Of a stretch of 64,000 nt of DNA, positions 12,702-24,826 are shown one piece after another. The notes beneath the pieces were generated by a model. It was not told the origin of the DNA. It saw nothing but the letters and a program-made list of their open reading frames with translations, and made no database searches. A program made the position numbers and the translations under genes. Source of the DNA: Xylographa opegraphella (taxonomy: Eukaryota); NCBI GenBank assembly GCA_022813865.1, contig JALDZX010000049.1:62001-126000 (forward strand). The letters are read 5' to 3'. Positions within the stretch are counted from its first letter, which is position 1; each line of letters opens with the position of its first letter.

Positions 12702-13496
12702 TCACAAGAGTTCTTCACATGTCCAGTCCTCATACCTAGCCAGAAATCCACGATTAGCATCACAGTAGTCATATTAACAATGCATGAGAGGTGTCACGTA
12801 CCAGCCGTCGGGCAGATATCTCCGCACCACCAACGGTATCTTCTTCTCCCGAAGCTCCTTGATGGCAATCTGCAACGGATCCGTCTCTCCTTCCAGATCG
12901 ACCAGCACTGGAGCATTCATACTAAATGTAAATCTCGATCAGCGCAAGCCCGTATCGACCCGCTGCAGTATTGTCTCCTTCACAACTCTCGATCAAAGTC
13001 CACTTCTCACGCCCCTCCATGTTTTTTCTAGATTCGTGATCCACCTACCTTATCTGCAGCGCCCTTGTCCCCAACACCCTTGCCCTCTCATACTTGGTCA
13101 TATACGGCGTCGTGCTGCGCTTATCCTCCGCAATCTTCTTCTCCCTCACGCCCACGACCGCATTCTTCTTCGCACGCCCACTCACCTGGTTGGGGTCCTC
13201 GATCGCAACGATGTTGTTGGCATGGCCGTCGCCGTCCATCATCATCGCGTCCGGATCCTCCGTCCCGTTCGCCTCGCCATTCGTCTGGGCTTTGTTTGGG
13301 TTTTCCGCGTCATCGGGGTCCACGGGCTCGAAGGGCTCTTCGTCGTCGTAGGCAGGCTCTTCGTCGTAGGGTTCGTAGCTGTTGGCGAGCAAATTAGTTG
13401 GTTGGAAGGCCGGGGCGTGAGGGGGTTTGTGGGGCGAATCGAGACTGGAGATTCTTACCCGCCCTCGTCGTCGTCGCCGCCGCCGAAGTCTGACAT
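12702..13496 (-). CDS. RPB6: RNA polymerase I/II/III common subunit RPABC2, 4 exons
   Basis: Acidic N-terminus from MSDFGG (13496); [53 protein letters not shown], last exon [10 protein letters not shown] (12702). Confidence 0.96.
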
Positions 13497-15593
13497 AGTT
13501 GACAGATGTGGAGAGACAAGCTCGAGGTGGAGAGCTGAGGGGTAAGAAGTTTTCGCAATATGCTACACGCAATCTGAGACACACAGATAACCTCTATGAA
13601 AGCAGCGTCAAAATTGTTTCAAGGATGTTGAAAGACACGGCGCCAAGGTTCGTCGGGGCCACTTCGGCCCGACCAGGGACAGTCCACTTCATCTCGCAGA
13701 ATCAAAACCTAGATATGGAGTACCTATATGGAAGTCAAGTAAACCAGCAAAGGTAAATGACTGCAGACTTGCGCAAGACTACACTGTAGTGAACGTCCAC
13801 TTTGGTAGCCAGCTATGGCACGATGCACCTCCTCCTCCATCATTTCAGGGCGCCTTCATTGAAGAGTTCTGATTCTTGCCCGCAACGTCCCATCATTTCA
13901 CCCTGAACGAGCCATTACTCGGTAGGGAATTTTACACAGGCGAGTGGGGAGTTGCTGCCCTTTATTATGTTACTGGCTCCGACTGCGGTGGATGAGGAGT
14001 CTGCTTTCCTGGCCCGATCCAAACAGAAACGAGACCGATAGATGGTCAACATTGGTTCGAAATGACCGTCTGGATGAAACAAAGACGTTGATGATATCGC
14101 AGGCTCTACTCAGTGCCTTATGCATTATGCAGAAACTTGCTTGCACCTTTCTATGGGAGATAGGGCCGTGGAAATGCAGAGGGAGGAGGAGAGGTCGGAG
14201 AAGCTTGGAAGAGTGAAATTAGTCCAGTCTGAGGAATTCAACCAGACTCCTCAGCTTCAAATCGCAGTGTGGCTATGCTATTGTGACCGATTGTTGGCTC
14301 CTTGAGGAGAAAGGATATTATCAAATCTATAAAACTGCGCCTGGTAAGCATGGTGAAATAACATCCGACGCTACCGAAAACGCCCGAGGACCGTCCACGA
14401 CTCTCCTGAATCCGACTTCGATCAGCCCCGTGCCCGCGGACCTATGGAGCATCTTCAGCTCCGGAAAGAGTTGACCCAGTACCAGTCTTTGGTTTCTCTA
14501 TGGATTCAGGTGACAAAGAGGCCATCAACTCTGTAGCACGCGTCGAGAAAGCCCCGGAGTAATGCCTGTTCACCAGTGGCCGATCCCGGATGTTAGGCAT
14601 GCAAGATGCATCTGGGAATGGATTGCGCAAATCCATAGATCTGCCCGTCATGTTTTGCAACTCCTCCACCAAAGGGAAGCAGATGATCCAACGCAGCTTA
14701 CTGTTTCGCGGGAGGAACCGCAAAGCCGGAGACGAGCATTTAGAAACCTTGTTTCGAGTGCATGCAGATTCGTGCACATAGGTAATAACAAAGGTAAGCA
14801 CAGAGTGGTGGTGGCTCACGAAGCCAGTCAAAACGCTCCACACGGCAGTGCTATCCCTGATCTCACTTACTATATATGTCGGTATTTGGAGTCAGAGCAG
14901 TAAGCATATCGTCTCGGACGCAGCGAATTCCCCCGTCACACCTGATGTCCGCTGCTTTTCTTCTATTCCGCCACTTTTTTGACGTTGCTTTTGCACGCCA
15001 TCTGTGCCTTTGGGAAGTCCTTTTTTTGGACTGTGTAATACTCTCCTGGACCGACTGGAATTGGACAGCCTGCCACCGATCGTTGGTCAGCTCTAAGGGA
15101 AGCTCCACCACAGATAGCCGGTCAGATTGCGAAGCTTATCACTGATGTGCTGTTGCCGCAACACTACTGAGCATGGTTCTACCTCATCGTTACTGCGTAC
15201 TATCACGAAGGTCAAAGTCGCCGAGCGCTGACGCATTGCCATGTTTGGCCGACGGTCGCAGAGATACGCCCTGTGGCCACGAGCGAATATGAAGCTATCG
15301 CACAGTGCATAGCCATATCCATGTTTCAAGAAGGTCTTCAGGTGGACTTATGTCGATGTTGCTGATACTGTCGCTGGAACCGTCAACAGATAAATGGGCC
15401 GAGAATGCCATCAATCTCTCGACAGCATAATCCATTCACAATATCATTTCAACATACTTCACGATACTGGCTTATCAAATCCCACTATAGCATCTTGTCA
15501 CAATTCAAGCTTACCAGAGCCCTCTGATATCTCATTCTCTGCATCCACTCGATCGCCAACTGACTATCGGTCTTGTCCCGTTTTTCAGCAAAT

Positions 15594-16110
15594 ATGCGCG
15601 CATCAATCCTCATCGCACCTCTCCTTGTACTTGGCGGTGTGGCCGCTTATGCGTTTCCTTCCGAATATGACACCTTCGATTACGGCCTATCTTACCTTGA
15701 CCGTCGTTCGCCAGGTGCTGGTGGTAGTAAAGCTGCCAAACAGGCTGGCAAAAAGGTCGCAGAGAATAGCCACAAGTACGCAACCGGCGGCGCTGGCGTT
15801 CTGGCTTATGACAAATACGGTGCCGGAGGTAGCGGAGGTGGAGGCGGGGGCACGGGTGGGACCGGGGGCGCTGAGGATAAAAAAGAAGGCCATAAAACAT
15901 TCAACGTGCATTCGGGAAGCAAAGTCCACACGGACAACGTGGAAGGCAACAAGCGGCGTAGTTTGTTGACTCCTGAGGAGGAGCACTACTTCTTGGTCGC
16001 AAGACATGTGAGATGCCTCTCATCTTTTTGAGAGTCCCGTCAAGTATTCCAATGCTAACATGTTGCAGGCTGAGGCGCTCGACGAGCTGGAGGACCTATA
16101 CTACTACTAG
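15594..16110 (+). CDS. small secreted Gly-rich protein, probable Kex2-processed peptide precursor (~151 aa, 2 exons)
   Basis: Signal peptide MRASILIAPLLVLGGVAA; dibasic sites LDRR and NKRR; intron 16008-16068 (GTGAGA...GCTAAC...CAG); last exon AEALDELEDLYYY*. Confidence 0.8.
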
Positions 16111-16423
16111 TCGATGGGATGTTGTCCATCGCCACTCGGGTTAGTGGTCTCGATTGGCCCAGTTATGGGCGGCTTCAAAATCATCGTTGGATTGCTTTAC
16201 GGTCGGCAGTTTGAATTTGCTTTGTTGGTCTGTTTTGTCCTTGTCGCCGGGTTGCACTGTGTTTCTCAGAGATCGGTTATTGTGTTATCCAGACTTTGTA
16301 TGCGTAGGAATCATGTGTTTTTGGTTACCGGGTTCGGATAGAAATGCAGATAGAGCAAATCAAGCAAAATAAAGCGCACGAAGCACGTTTGACTTTGGCA
16401 ATTTTCATTTGGGTGTTGTCACC

Positions 16424-16640
16424 TGTACGGAGTAGTGACGCCAGCGAGTGATACTGTGTACGGAGGTACTAGTACGGAATCTACAGAATAAGATACGGTA
16501 AGCTTGGTAAGCTTTCCGTGTACGGACTAGCTCCTCGCCACCGCCGAGTAGGTGCCAAGGCTTGCCGAGACGACACAAAGCTAACAGTAAGGTACTGTGT
16601 ACCTACTAGGTTCTACAAGACTCCAAGTACGAACGTACAT
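16424..16640. promoter_or_regulatory. cluster of GTACGGA/GTAC motifs upstream of the O-methyltransferase
   Basis: GTACGGA at 16425, 16458, 16472 and 16520, plus further GTAC copies to ~16640. Confidence 0.45.
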
Positions 16641-16837
16641 ACCTCGACCTCACCCCCCGATTGGGTGTCGGGTGAGCGCCGCTCTATACTATTCTACTGT
16701 GACACAAACCGGGAAAACTTTGAGTTGGTGCCTCTTAAGGTCAAGGCGGGCTTAGCAGCCACGTCCAAGCTCCTGGAGCCTCACGATCTCATCGCATTTC
16801 CTTCAATACCACGTAACGAAGACACTTAGCTTTCGAT

Positions 16838-18305
16838 ATGCCTCTTGACTACGCAAGTATACTACGGTACGGCCGAGAAATTGGCAGCATTATAAATGAG
16901 CTAACGGACGAGGCAACTTCATTGAGCAACTGTCGTCGTGAAGAACTGATACGGAATGCCGAAAGACTGGCTATTGCCGCTAGAGAGCCGGAGGAGAACT
17001 TGTATTATCAAGCTACCCAAGTACGATTGCGATGTGAATGATAATCGCTAACAAATTTCTTGTAACATACACTCATTACTTTCGTGCATCAGACAGCACA
17101 GAATTCCGCCATCCGGACCGCGATCGGCATGGGGGTGTTCGAGCGGACGCCTTTATCTGGCGACGGCATCAGCGCAAGAGACCTTGCGGCAATCTCGAAC
17201 GTTGACGAGCGTCTTCTCGGTAAGTCCAGGGGTCTCTGGAAGGAGGAGGGTGCACGGCAACTATAGCTGAAAAGACGCCTGTATTGCAAAGTTCGAGTCA
17301 TGCGCGCGTGCTCGAGCACGCACCTCTTCCGAGAAATCTCCCCTTCGCACTACACGCACAATGCCTTCTCCACCATTTTCCTCATACCCTCAAACCGCGA
17401 CATGTTCAAGCAAATGTATGACTTCCTGGGCCAGGGTGTGTATGCCATGCCTCATTTCCTCAACTCTCGCGGATACCAGAATCCAACCGAGTACCATGAC
17501 AGCGCTTTTCACTATGGCCATCATACCCGTCTCGGGTTCTGGGAGTACTTGAAGGCAGATCCCGAGCGGGCAAGACTTTTTAATAGCGGTATGCGGTCCT
17601 TGGCAACGGTCGGCAGCGCGAACAGGAGCGCAGGGCCGTATCCCTTTGGCGAGGAGCTTGGGACGGAAGAGGTAAGGGACACGGACGTGTTGGTCGTTGA
17701 CGTGGGTGGGGGAAGAGGTCAGGTACTGGAGGCGATCAAGGCGTCATTTCCGAGCTTGAAGGGAAGGATGGTGCTGCAAGACGTGCCCGATGTGATCGAG
17801 GACGCTGAAGCGAGCGGACTCCCCGGCTTCATTGAGCCCATGGCTGTCTCATTCTTTGAGCCTCAGCCGATCGAAGGTAAGCCAGAAAAGCATCTGCTTT
17901 CGTACCCAATTGCTGTCATCCTGCGGCTCGAGGTCCTGCCCTGCAAGACCGAAGCTGACTGACTGACCTTGATCGATGGGACTGGGGTCTCTAGGAGCCT
18001 TAGTCTACCACTTCCGTCGCATACTCCATGACTGGTCCGACGACGTCTCGTTGACCATTCTTCGAAACACGATTCAAGCCATGGGCGCTCGCTCTCGCAT
18101 CCTGATCACAGACGCGGTACTCCCGGATACCGATGCACCGCGACATATGGCCTTGCAGGACATCAACATGATGTGTTTCGGCGGTATGGAACGAACGCGG
18201 TCTCAGTGGGAAGGCTTGCTTGGGGCAGCCGGCTTGAATGTCCAACGGTTCTGGGCGAGTGATGGAAATCTGCAGAACACGATTGAGGCAAGAGTGCGGG
18301 TTTGA
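16838..18305 (+). CDS. SAM-dependent O-methyltransferase (Methyltransf_2, secondary-metabolism type), 4 exons
   Basis: N-terminal dimerisation region, FNSGM, VVDVGGGRG SAM motif, LQD, catalytic RRILHDWSD, GGMERT. Confidence 0.92.
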
Positions 18306-19092
18306 GACTGAAAGGTCGGGGGAGACCATCATTCTTTCCTGATATAGGTTCTGGCAGGGGATTTCGACAGCTCAGCTTGAGCTAGCCCTTACAAATTCTC
18401 CGTAGCCCGCTTTCAGCTCAGGTGAAATATTCTGGGCCGAGTTAGGTCGAGCTGCGGTCCAGCGTGTACAATGTTTTTGTATTTTTGTGGTGAACGGGGT
18501 ATACCTCGTGAAAGAGAATGCAGTTTGCTGATCTCACGACTTTAGAACTCAAAAGCCTTACCTGATTTGAACGTTATATACCAGATACTTTTACAAAGCA
18601 CTCGTACTCGTACTTGTACAAAGTAAATGAGCGATATGGAAATTAGCTCGAGTTTTGGAATACTTTACGCTGCGGCATCGATGCCGACCTCTGGAGTATC
18701 TATCTGTGCAAGCCGAGGCCATCATCAAACCCACCCCATTGAGAGAATTTTCCTCCATCGCAAAAGGCCAAACAGGGCAAGTTGTAAACCACGTTTGTCG
18801 TTGAATGAAAAGGGTCCGGAGAAAGTCTCTTTGCAAACCATGTGCTGCAAGCGTTCTACTTGGCAATGACTTTACTTGAGTACTGCTGCAAAATACCGCA
18901 CACCCTTCCGAATGGGCCGCCTACAATTCGCAGTCTCGGTATCGGCTCGCTTCGAGAGCCCGTCATCCCCTTCTTCACGATCGAGCCATCCGAACTGTCT
19001 GCCCAAGCCAGCAAAAAAGCCCCAAGTTGGAGCTTCTCCTGCTCCGCCCCTCCTCCCCCCCCCCTCCCCCGCCGCGCCCGCGTGCCTGCCGT

Positions 19093-19977
19093 TCACCCAA
19101 ACACCAGCGCCCGGACCTCGATGCTCTCCCTTTCCTTGCCGCCCACGGGACTCCTCGGATCCACAAAGGCCGTGTGCGGCACGCGCGCCCCTTTCTCGCT
19201 ATCGAAGCACTGCAGCAGCAAGCGCTCGTGGTTCTGCATGCCGGACCAGTAATACCACTGCTCGTGCGCGTGCTGCAGCGACAGCGTCTCGCCGGTGCGG
19301 TCGGCATAGCGGTGCTCGACCACGACGAGGGCGTCGTCGCGCACCGTCCGCGAGTCGGCGACGGCGAGCGGGGAGCACTGCACGGGCCCGTTGAGCGGCC
19401 GCCACACGTTGATGATGCGCACCCGGCCGCGCAGCAGGTCCGCGGCTTCGTCGGGGAAGAAGTGGCGCACCCGCCCCACGGCCGCCGTCGCGGACTGGTC
19501 GATGTGCGCGCGCAGCACGGGCGGCCGCGTCCCGGCCGAGGGCCGCACCGTGTGGTCGAAGAGGAAGACGCGCGAGACGCCGGGGATGGAGGCCCGGAGC
19601 AGGCGTTCGACCTCGGGGTAATACTGCGCCTTCACCGCTTCGTCGGACGCGAAGTCCGTGGCCGCGGTGGTGGTGGTGGCGGTGGCGGACGGGTCGGTCG
19701 TCAGGGGCTGGAAGGCGTTGTCGTCGAGGCTGAAGGCCGCCTCGCGGCCGCGGATGTCGTGGATGGGCACGAGGATGTCGGCGTCGCCGAAGTTGCGGCG
19801 CGGGAGACCTTCGGGCGGGTCGGTGCCGTTGGGGTAGTTGAAGGGCTTGGAGCCGTCGGCGGGGGGGTCGAAGAATTTCAGAGGCGCGGTGACGGGGCCG
19901 CGGGGGATGTGGGAGGGGTCATAGCTAGGTGTGGCGTCTGGCGAGGTCGTCGCCGTACTCTGTTCGATTGTCGCCAT
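19093..19977 (-). CDS. AsaB/CmcJ/NvfI-like Fe(II) oxygenase (hydroxylase/desaturase), intronless
   Basis: IHDIRG, YYPEVE, VFLFDHTVR, AHIDQS (HxD), RIINVWRPL, PLAVAD, WYYWSGM, PHTAF, RESIEVRALV; likely start MATIEQ (19977), TATA-like site ~20187. Confidence 0.88.
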   Translation of the reverse strand: MATIEQSTATTSPDATPSYDPSHIPRGPVTAPLKFFDPPADGSKPFNYPNGTDPPEGLPRRNFGDADILVPIHDIRGREAAFSLDDNAFQPLTTDPSATATTTTAATDFASDEAVKAQYYPEVERLLRASIPGVSRVFLFDHTVRPSAGTRPPVLRAHIDQSATAAVGRVRHFFPDEAADLLRGRVRIINVWRPLNGPVQCSPLAVADSRTVRDDALVVVEHRYADRTGETLSLQHAHEQWYYWSGMQNHERLLLQCFDSEKGARVPHTAFVDPRSPVGGKERESIEVRALVFG

Positions 19978-20614
19978 GGACGGAGAGGAGGTCGATGGAC
20001 GGCGAGGAAATGGTTTGCAAGAGGATTGCCGGGCAAATCTTCTGGGGTTAAGGAGCAGCAACCTACCTTAGACGCCCTCACTTGAACATGAAGTGCTTGG
20101 GTCTGTGATGACGGAAGTGTGATAAAGGTAGAGTTATTTGTTCTTGATGATGAACGAGGGAGAGAGAGTCGGCCGGCTGATTTGTTATATAGCACAGGCG
20201 GAGTGAAGTCACTTGATCGCTTGGTCAGCTGCCCGTGATCACCGTTGTTCAATCTTGCGTCACTTTGTACAGTCATTGCTTCATTAACCACCTTACCTTC
20301 ATGGATGGTCAACAGATATATGCTGAGCTACAGAGAATTCACTTTCGAGTTAGGAACCAAAACTAATGGCTTGACCCTCGAAGCGGACGCTAAATCTAAA
20401 GGCCGGTGCGATGGAAGTGATCGTTATCCTAAGGTAATTAAATAAAACCCACTGATTTTTAGCTCCCGCGAGCTGTTTTAGCTGCTGCTGCAACAACGTC
20501 CGCTCGAATCTTTCAATTTCGAACGAACAGCTGTAACGATCTGGGCGATGCTCTTTGCCTCTCTACGTTCAGAAAACAGCTATGATTGAAAAACCCTTAA
20601 AGAGATGGTCACTT

Positions 20615-21872
20615 TTACGCTATCTGCCCAAATCCAGGGGCTCGAGAGATCCGAGTCTGCTGTCGACCCAATCCGATATCAGACTCACTCAGTTCGATAT
20701 ACTGTTTGTCTCCCGACGCCGGTTGGATGTTTTGACTCGTCGATCGGCTTCTGCGGATCAGGCTCACCATGGAGTAGTATTGATCCCTGAAGTAAACTCT
20801 GCCAGGGATTTTCCTACCCAGGGGCGAGAGCAGAGGGAGACATATGCAGATGATCCCAACGTGCAGCTCGACGGAACTAAAATGCAGTTAGAAAATATAT
20901 ACCTGCAGCAGATTGAAGGAAAATCTCTTACAGCCACAACGTCCGTGTTGCATCTGTCCATGTGGCATCGTACAAGCTTGGAGCGTTCACCACTTCCACT
21001 TCGCGGATGATTGCCACGGCCACGACACTACCATATATTAGCCCGTTTGCACGACTGGCTGCGAGATAGGCCATTCCTACAACAAGCCGGTCGCCAAAAC
21101 TGCGATTATACCAATCATCTTTGCGAGCCGTAGCTGCAGCTTCATGACCAACACAATTGGTGCGACGACGATGATAACATCCGTAATGATGTTGAGGGCG
21201 CCGGTAGCGACGGTGATCTCTTGTAAAGAAGCACATTTACCGGGAGCAAAGAAATTCCAGCCGGCGTAAACCGGGTTGCACTGAAAGATATTGGCAAGAG
21301 CCATGGCGGCGCAGTATGTGGTAACGAGGCTGATCAAAGCATAACATGTGAATCGAAATGGCTTGTTGACGTGGAACAAGCGTATATACAAGAGGAGTAT
21401 GGAGACTTTAGCACAAGCTATGGCGCCTAAGTAAATCAGCGTCGCTCCTTTAGCCCACTATCTCTACCGTTATTCATCGGTCCTATACCTGCCAAGTGAT
21501 CAAGACTTACTGTATACACGTAACCAAAATTCGCCAACTCGGTATCCCATATATGGTACCCAAATTGATAATCCTTTGTCACTGTCGCAAGTGAGGTCAG
21601 CAATCCTTACGTCGTCGCTCTTCCACCTTCGAGGACTCACTAATAACCAGCAGGATCGTTCGTGCAATCGCCAAAAGCAAGGCCGCGACGGCGAAAAAGT
21701 CTTCCCAGTTGAGCGAAGGCACGACGAAGCACTTGACGATCATCCGAAGTATCACCGCCACGATCGCAAAACCCAGCGTGATCACGGTCGCAAGGACCAT
21801 GGATGGGCCGTTGGACGGGCCATCGATGCCTTGGACCGTATAGCCTGGCGGTGGCGGGAATTTGGGAGACAT
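20615..21872 (-). CDS. Pth11-like (fungal rhodopsin-domain) 7TM integral membrane protein without CFEM, 5 exons
   Basis: PPPPG N-terminus, LNWEDFF, FGYHIWD, AKVSILLLYIRLF, IFQCNP, NIITDVII, SVELHVGIIC; spliced frame ends TAA at 20615. Confidence 0.88.
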
Positions 21873-22580
21873 TAATTGCTCGATACTAGAACATCACCGG
21901 TTGGGGTGCATGTGGCACCTGGACAGAGCGCGAGAGGACTCTATAGATTATACCCTTCTCCCCGCGCAAATGTTTCGCCCCAAGCATACCTGAGGAGCTG
22001 GCCGGTACTCAACCCACCACTATCGGTCCTCCGGTCTCGTTCTGCTGATGGCTGCGGCACGAAAATCCTTCTGACCAAGGGATCTTGTTTCCTGGCCTCT
22101 CATGTACGAAATGAGGTGCATGTCGAGCGTCATCAAAGAGAGATAAGAAGGAGAGATGGTAAGAATGTCATTGGTCCTCAGCCCACCCACCGAATCCTTC
22201 GTGCCCACAAGAACCGCAGCCTTGATGCGACTCTGGGCCGTCCGTCCGTTCACGCCCTGGGAAGTTTCTCGAATGGGAGCGCCTTCTCTACTGGGGGTCG
22301 AGTGCGTTGTGTCACACTTCACTGTTGTGCATCGGGTCACACGAAACTAGTCCATTCGACGCAACTTCGGACTCGGGGTGGAGGCCTGGCTGCACCGACA
22401 CCGCGGATTTGATATCCCATGTCTCGGTCACACCACACACGGGATCGGGTATTTTAGGCCAAATTTCATACGAAACCGCCTAGTTGGTGAAACGTAACTT
22501 GTATATTTGACAGATGAGAGCTTGGTTACGTATTACGTAAGGAACTAGGTTTCCGATCCTCTTATTTAAGCAGGTCTTGA

Positions 22581-24826
22581 CTACTGTTTGAGGCCGGAAT
22601 CAATTTGATCAACCACGTTGTGAGCGCTGTATATATCCCAGGCCCTACAGGTCTCTTGAATAATATTGGGAATCTTCATCGACGTAAGATCATTCGGACG
22701 CTCGAGAATGTTCATATAGAGTCCCTGTAACATGCCAATCAGTTCAAAATTCCCTATCGCTTTATACACCTTTGAGATAAAGAGCCTTCACGGCAAGAGC
22801 AAAGCGAGCTTACATACCAACGAAAGGTGCCATGCAACATGGCAGTGGAACGGCCATACCCCCGGATTATCTGCATCGTATTGAGCCACAATATACCCGC
22901 CCGGCCGCAGCATTTGCGTGTCACGGCGTTGAGGGTTTTGCGGATTTGTGATGGAGTGACCATCCCAGTAGCCGTCGCCATCGTGTAAGATATACATATT
23001 ATGGCCGTGAAGATGCATCGGCTGTGTTACATGTTATCCTTCACATCGTTCATGTGACGAGGAAGATCGCTTTTGGGGCAGTGGAGAGGGGGAAGAATTT
23101 CGGATGGAGGTGTAAGTAATACTTACATGCGAAATGGTAGAATTATTGTTGATTATCAATCGAACCGTTCCGTTCTCTCCTGGCTGGACGACATTCCATT
23201 CGGGATCGTAGGTTTGATTCTTCTCCTGCGCGAGAAGAAGTAAAGGGCTGTTATAGTCTCCATGGAATGCTTGGTGATTCATCCGCCATTCGAGGTGACC
23301 TGTCGCATTGATCACCTCGTCAACGAGAACTTCAAATGTTATGGCAGGATTAGGATCGGGAGTAATTGCATAGTAAGGAGTGGTGAGGGATAGATCGTCG
23401 TTGGCGCATTGCCCATCGTCAGTGTAAGGCCATGATTGAGTGGTCGGATGCTTGGTACTATCGGCCTCTTCATAGTGAATTTCGGCCATTGCCAGAGGTT
23501 GAAGAGGTAAATTGCATATTGTCGAAATATTGGAGCGCATCCAATAGGACTGGTTCGCATTTCCAGTAGCGCGAACAACCACGTCGGTGCGCTGGCCAAC
23601 CTATTTATTTCAGCCGAGCAGAAATTCTCTTGTGGCAAATGCTTACTGACCCCAAGAAAGACGGTGGTAGTCGTGTACGGCTCGAGGGGAACATAGTCAT
23701 TGGCTATCACAGTCATTTCATGGTCATCGATTGAGAAAAACTGCTGCCCAGCAGCTCCAGCATTGATTAATCTTAGTCTGTGCGTTTTTCCTTTTTGAAA
23801 CCTGAACTGCGCGAGGGGGGCATCGTCCACGCAGGGTTGCTCGTCGTTGGCATTGGAGCAATTGTATTTCATCTTGCCATTGATTAAATTATTGTCCGAG
23901 TATTGAAGCCACTTGGTTTGATTCGTGCTCTCAACTGTATCATTTAACGTTATTCAGAACATCAAATTGTCGTTCATTATTGAACCTACTGTCTTTCACA
24001 ATCTCAAAATAGTCTTTATGGAAGTCTGCTTGTTTGTTAAAAGAGAAACTCTGAAATTCGCTTCGTATCACTTACAGTCGGTGAGAAAAACAGGCCCGAG
24101 GTCGATATCATAATGATATTGAGTTGGCCCATAAATGACCATGGGGCCTAAAAGCCCTCCCGTGTACTGTGCTGAATAATGAGAATGGTACCACGAGGTG
24201 CCGTACAGATCGGCTTTGAAACGATATCTGCTTCTGTTTAGCATACGGCGATAGCACAGGAAAGAAGAGCTTACTTAAAGGTCGCACCAGGCGCTACTGG
24301 GCACTGCTGAACACTTGGTACGCCGTCATACCATGGTGTAGCAGTCTGCAAAAGACCATGCCAATGCAGCGACGTACCTTCCTCGGGGTTAAATATATTA
24401 TTTGTTATTTCTACTACATCGAAAATGAGCGTAAACGGCTGCTCTATCTCTTTTGAATCAACCTCAGCGCCATGGGTTACCTTCAATATAGTCACCCCAA
24501 TTGGCTTCGATGAGAGGTCCAGGGAACTGACTGTTGACGAGTATCATGTTCTTCAGGTATCCGTCTGGTGCCAACTGACCCCGGGACAATGTGAATTGAT
24601 AGTATCGAGTGATGCCAGTATCAGGTGCTTCCTTGTAGGGATTGGAATATTTCGCCGTTTTATTTCCCCAAGGATACCCCTCCGGGAGTGGATTGCTCGT
24701 GAGGAATGCAGGAAATGTAGGAAGCTCCAAAGTTCCCCATAGCGAGACGCCGTTTGTCTGCTCTTGACTCAAGCCACGAGCGAAATTGAAGAGGCAAGCG
24801 ACAGACAGCACGATATTGGGAAACAT
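22581..24826 (-). CDS. laccase-like multicopper oxidase (AA1), secreted, multi-exon
   Basis: Signal peptide; all four Cu motifs: HWHG, WYHSH, H|PMHLHGH, HCHVAWH; ascomycete C-terminal DSGL. Confidence 0.94.

Noticed and set aside
11896..13545. Long ORFs opposite the sirtuin (224 aa) and RPB6 (253 aa)
   Set aside because: Antisense shadows with no recognisable motifs.
19027..20085. 352-aa plus-strand ORF
   Set aside because: Shadow of the high-GC3 AsaB-like gene on the minus strand.
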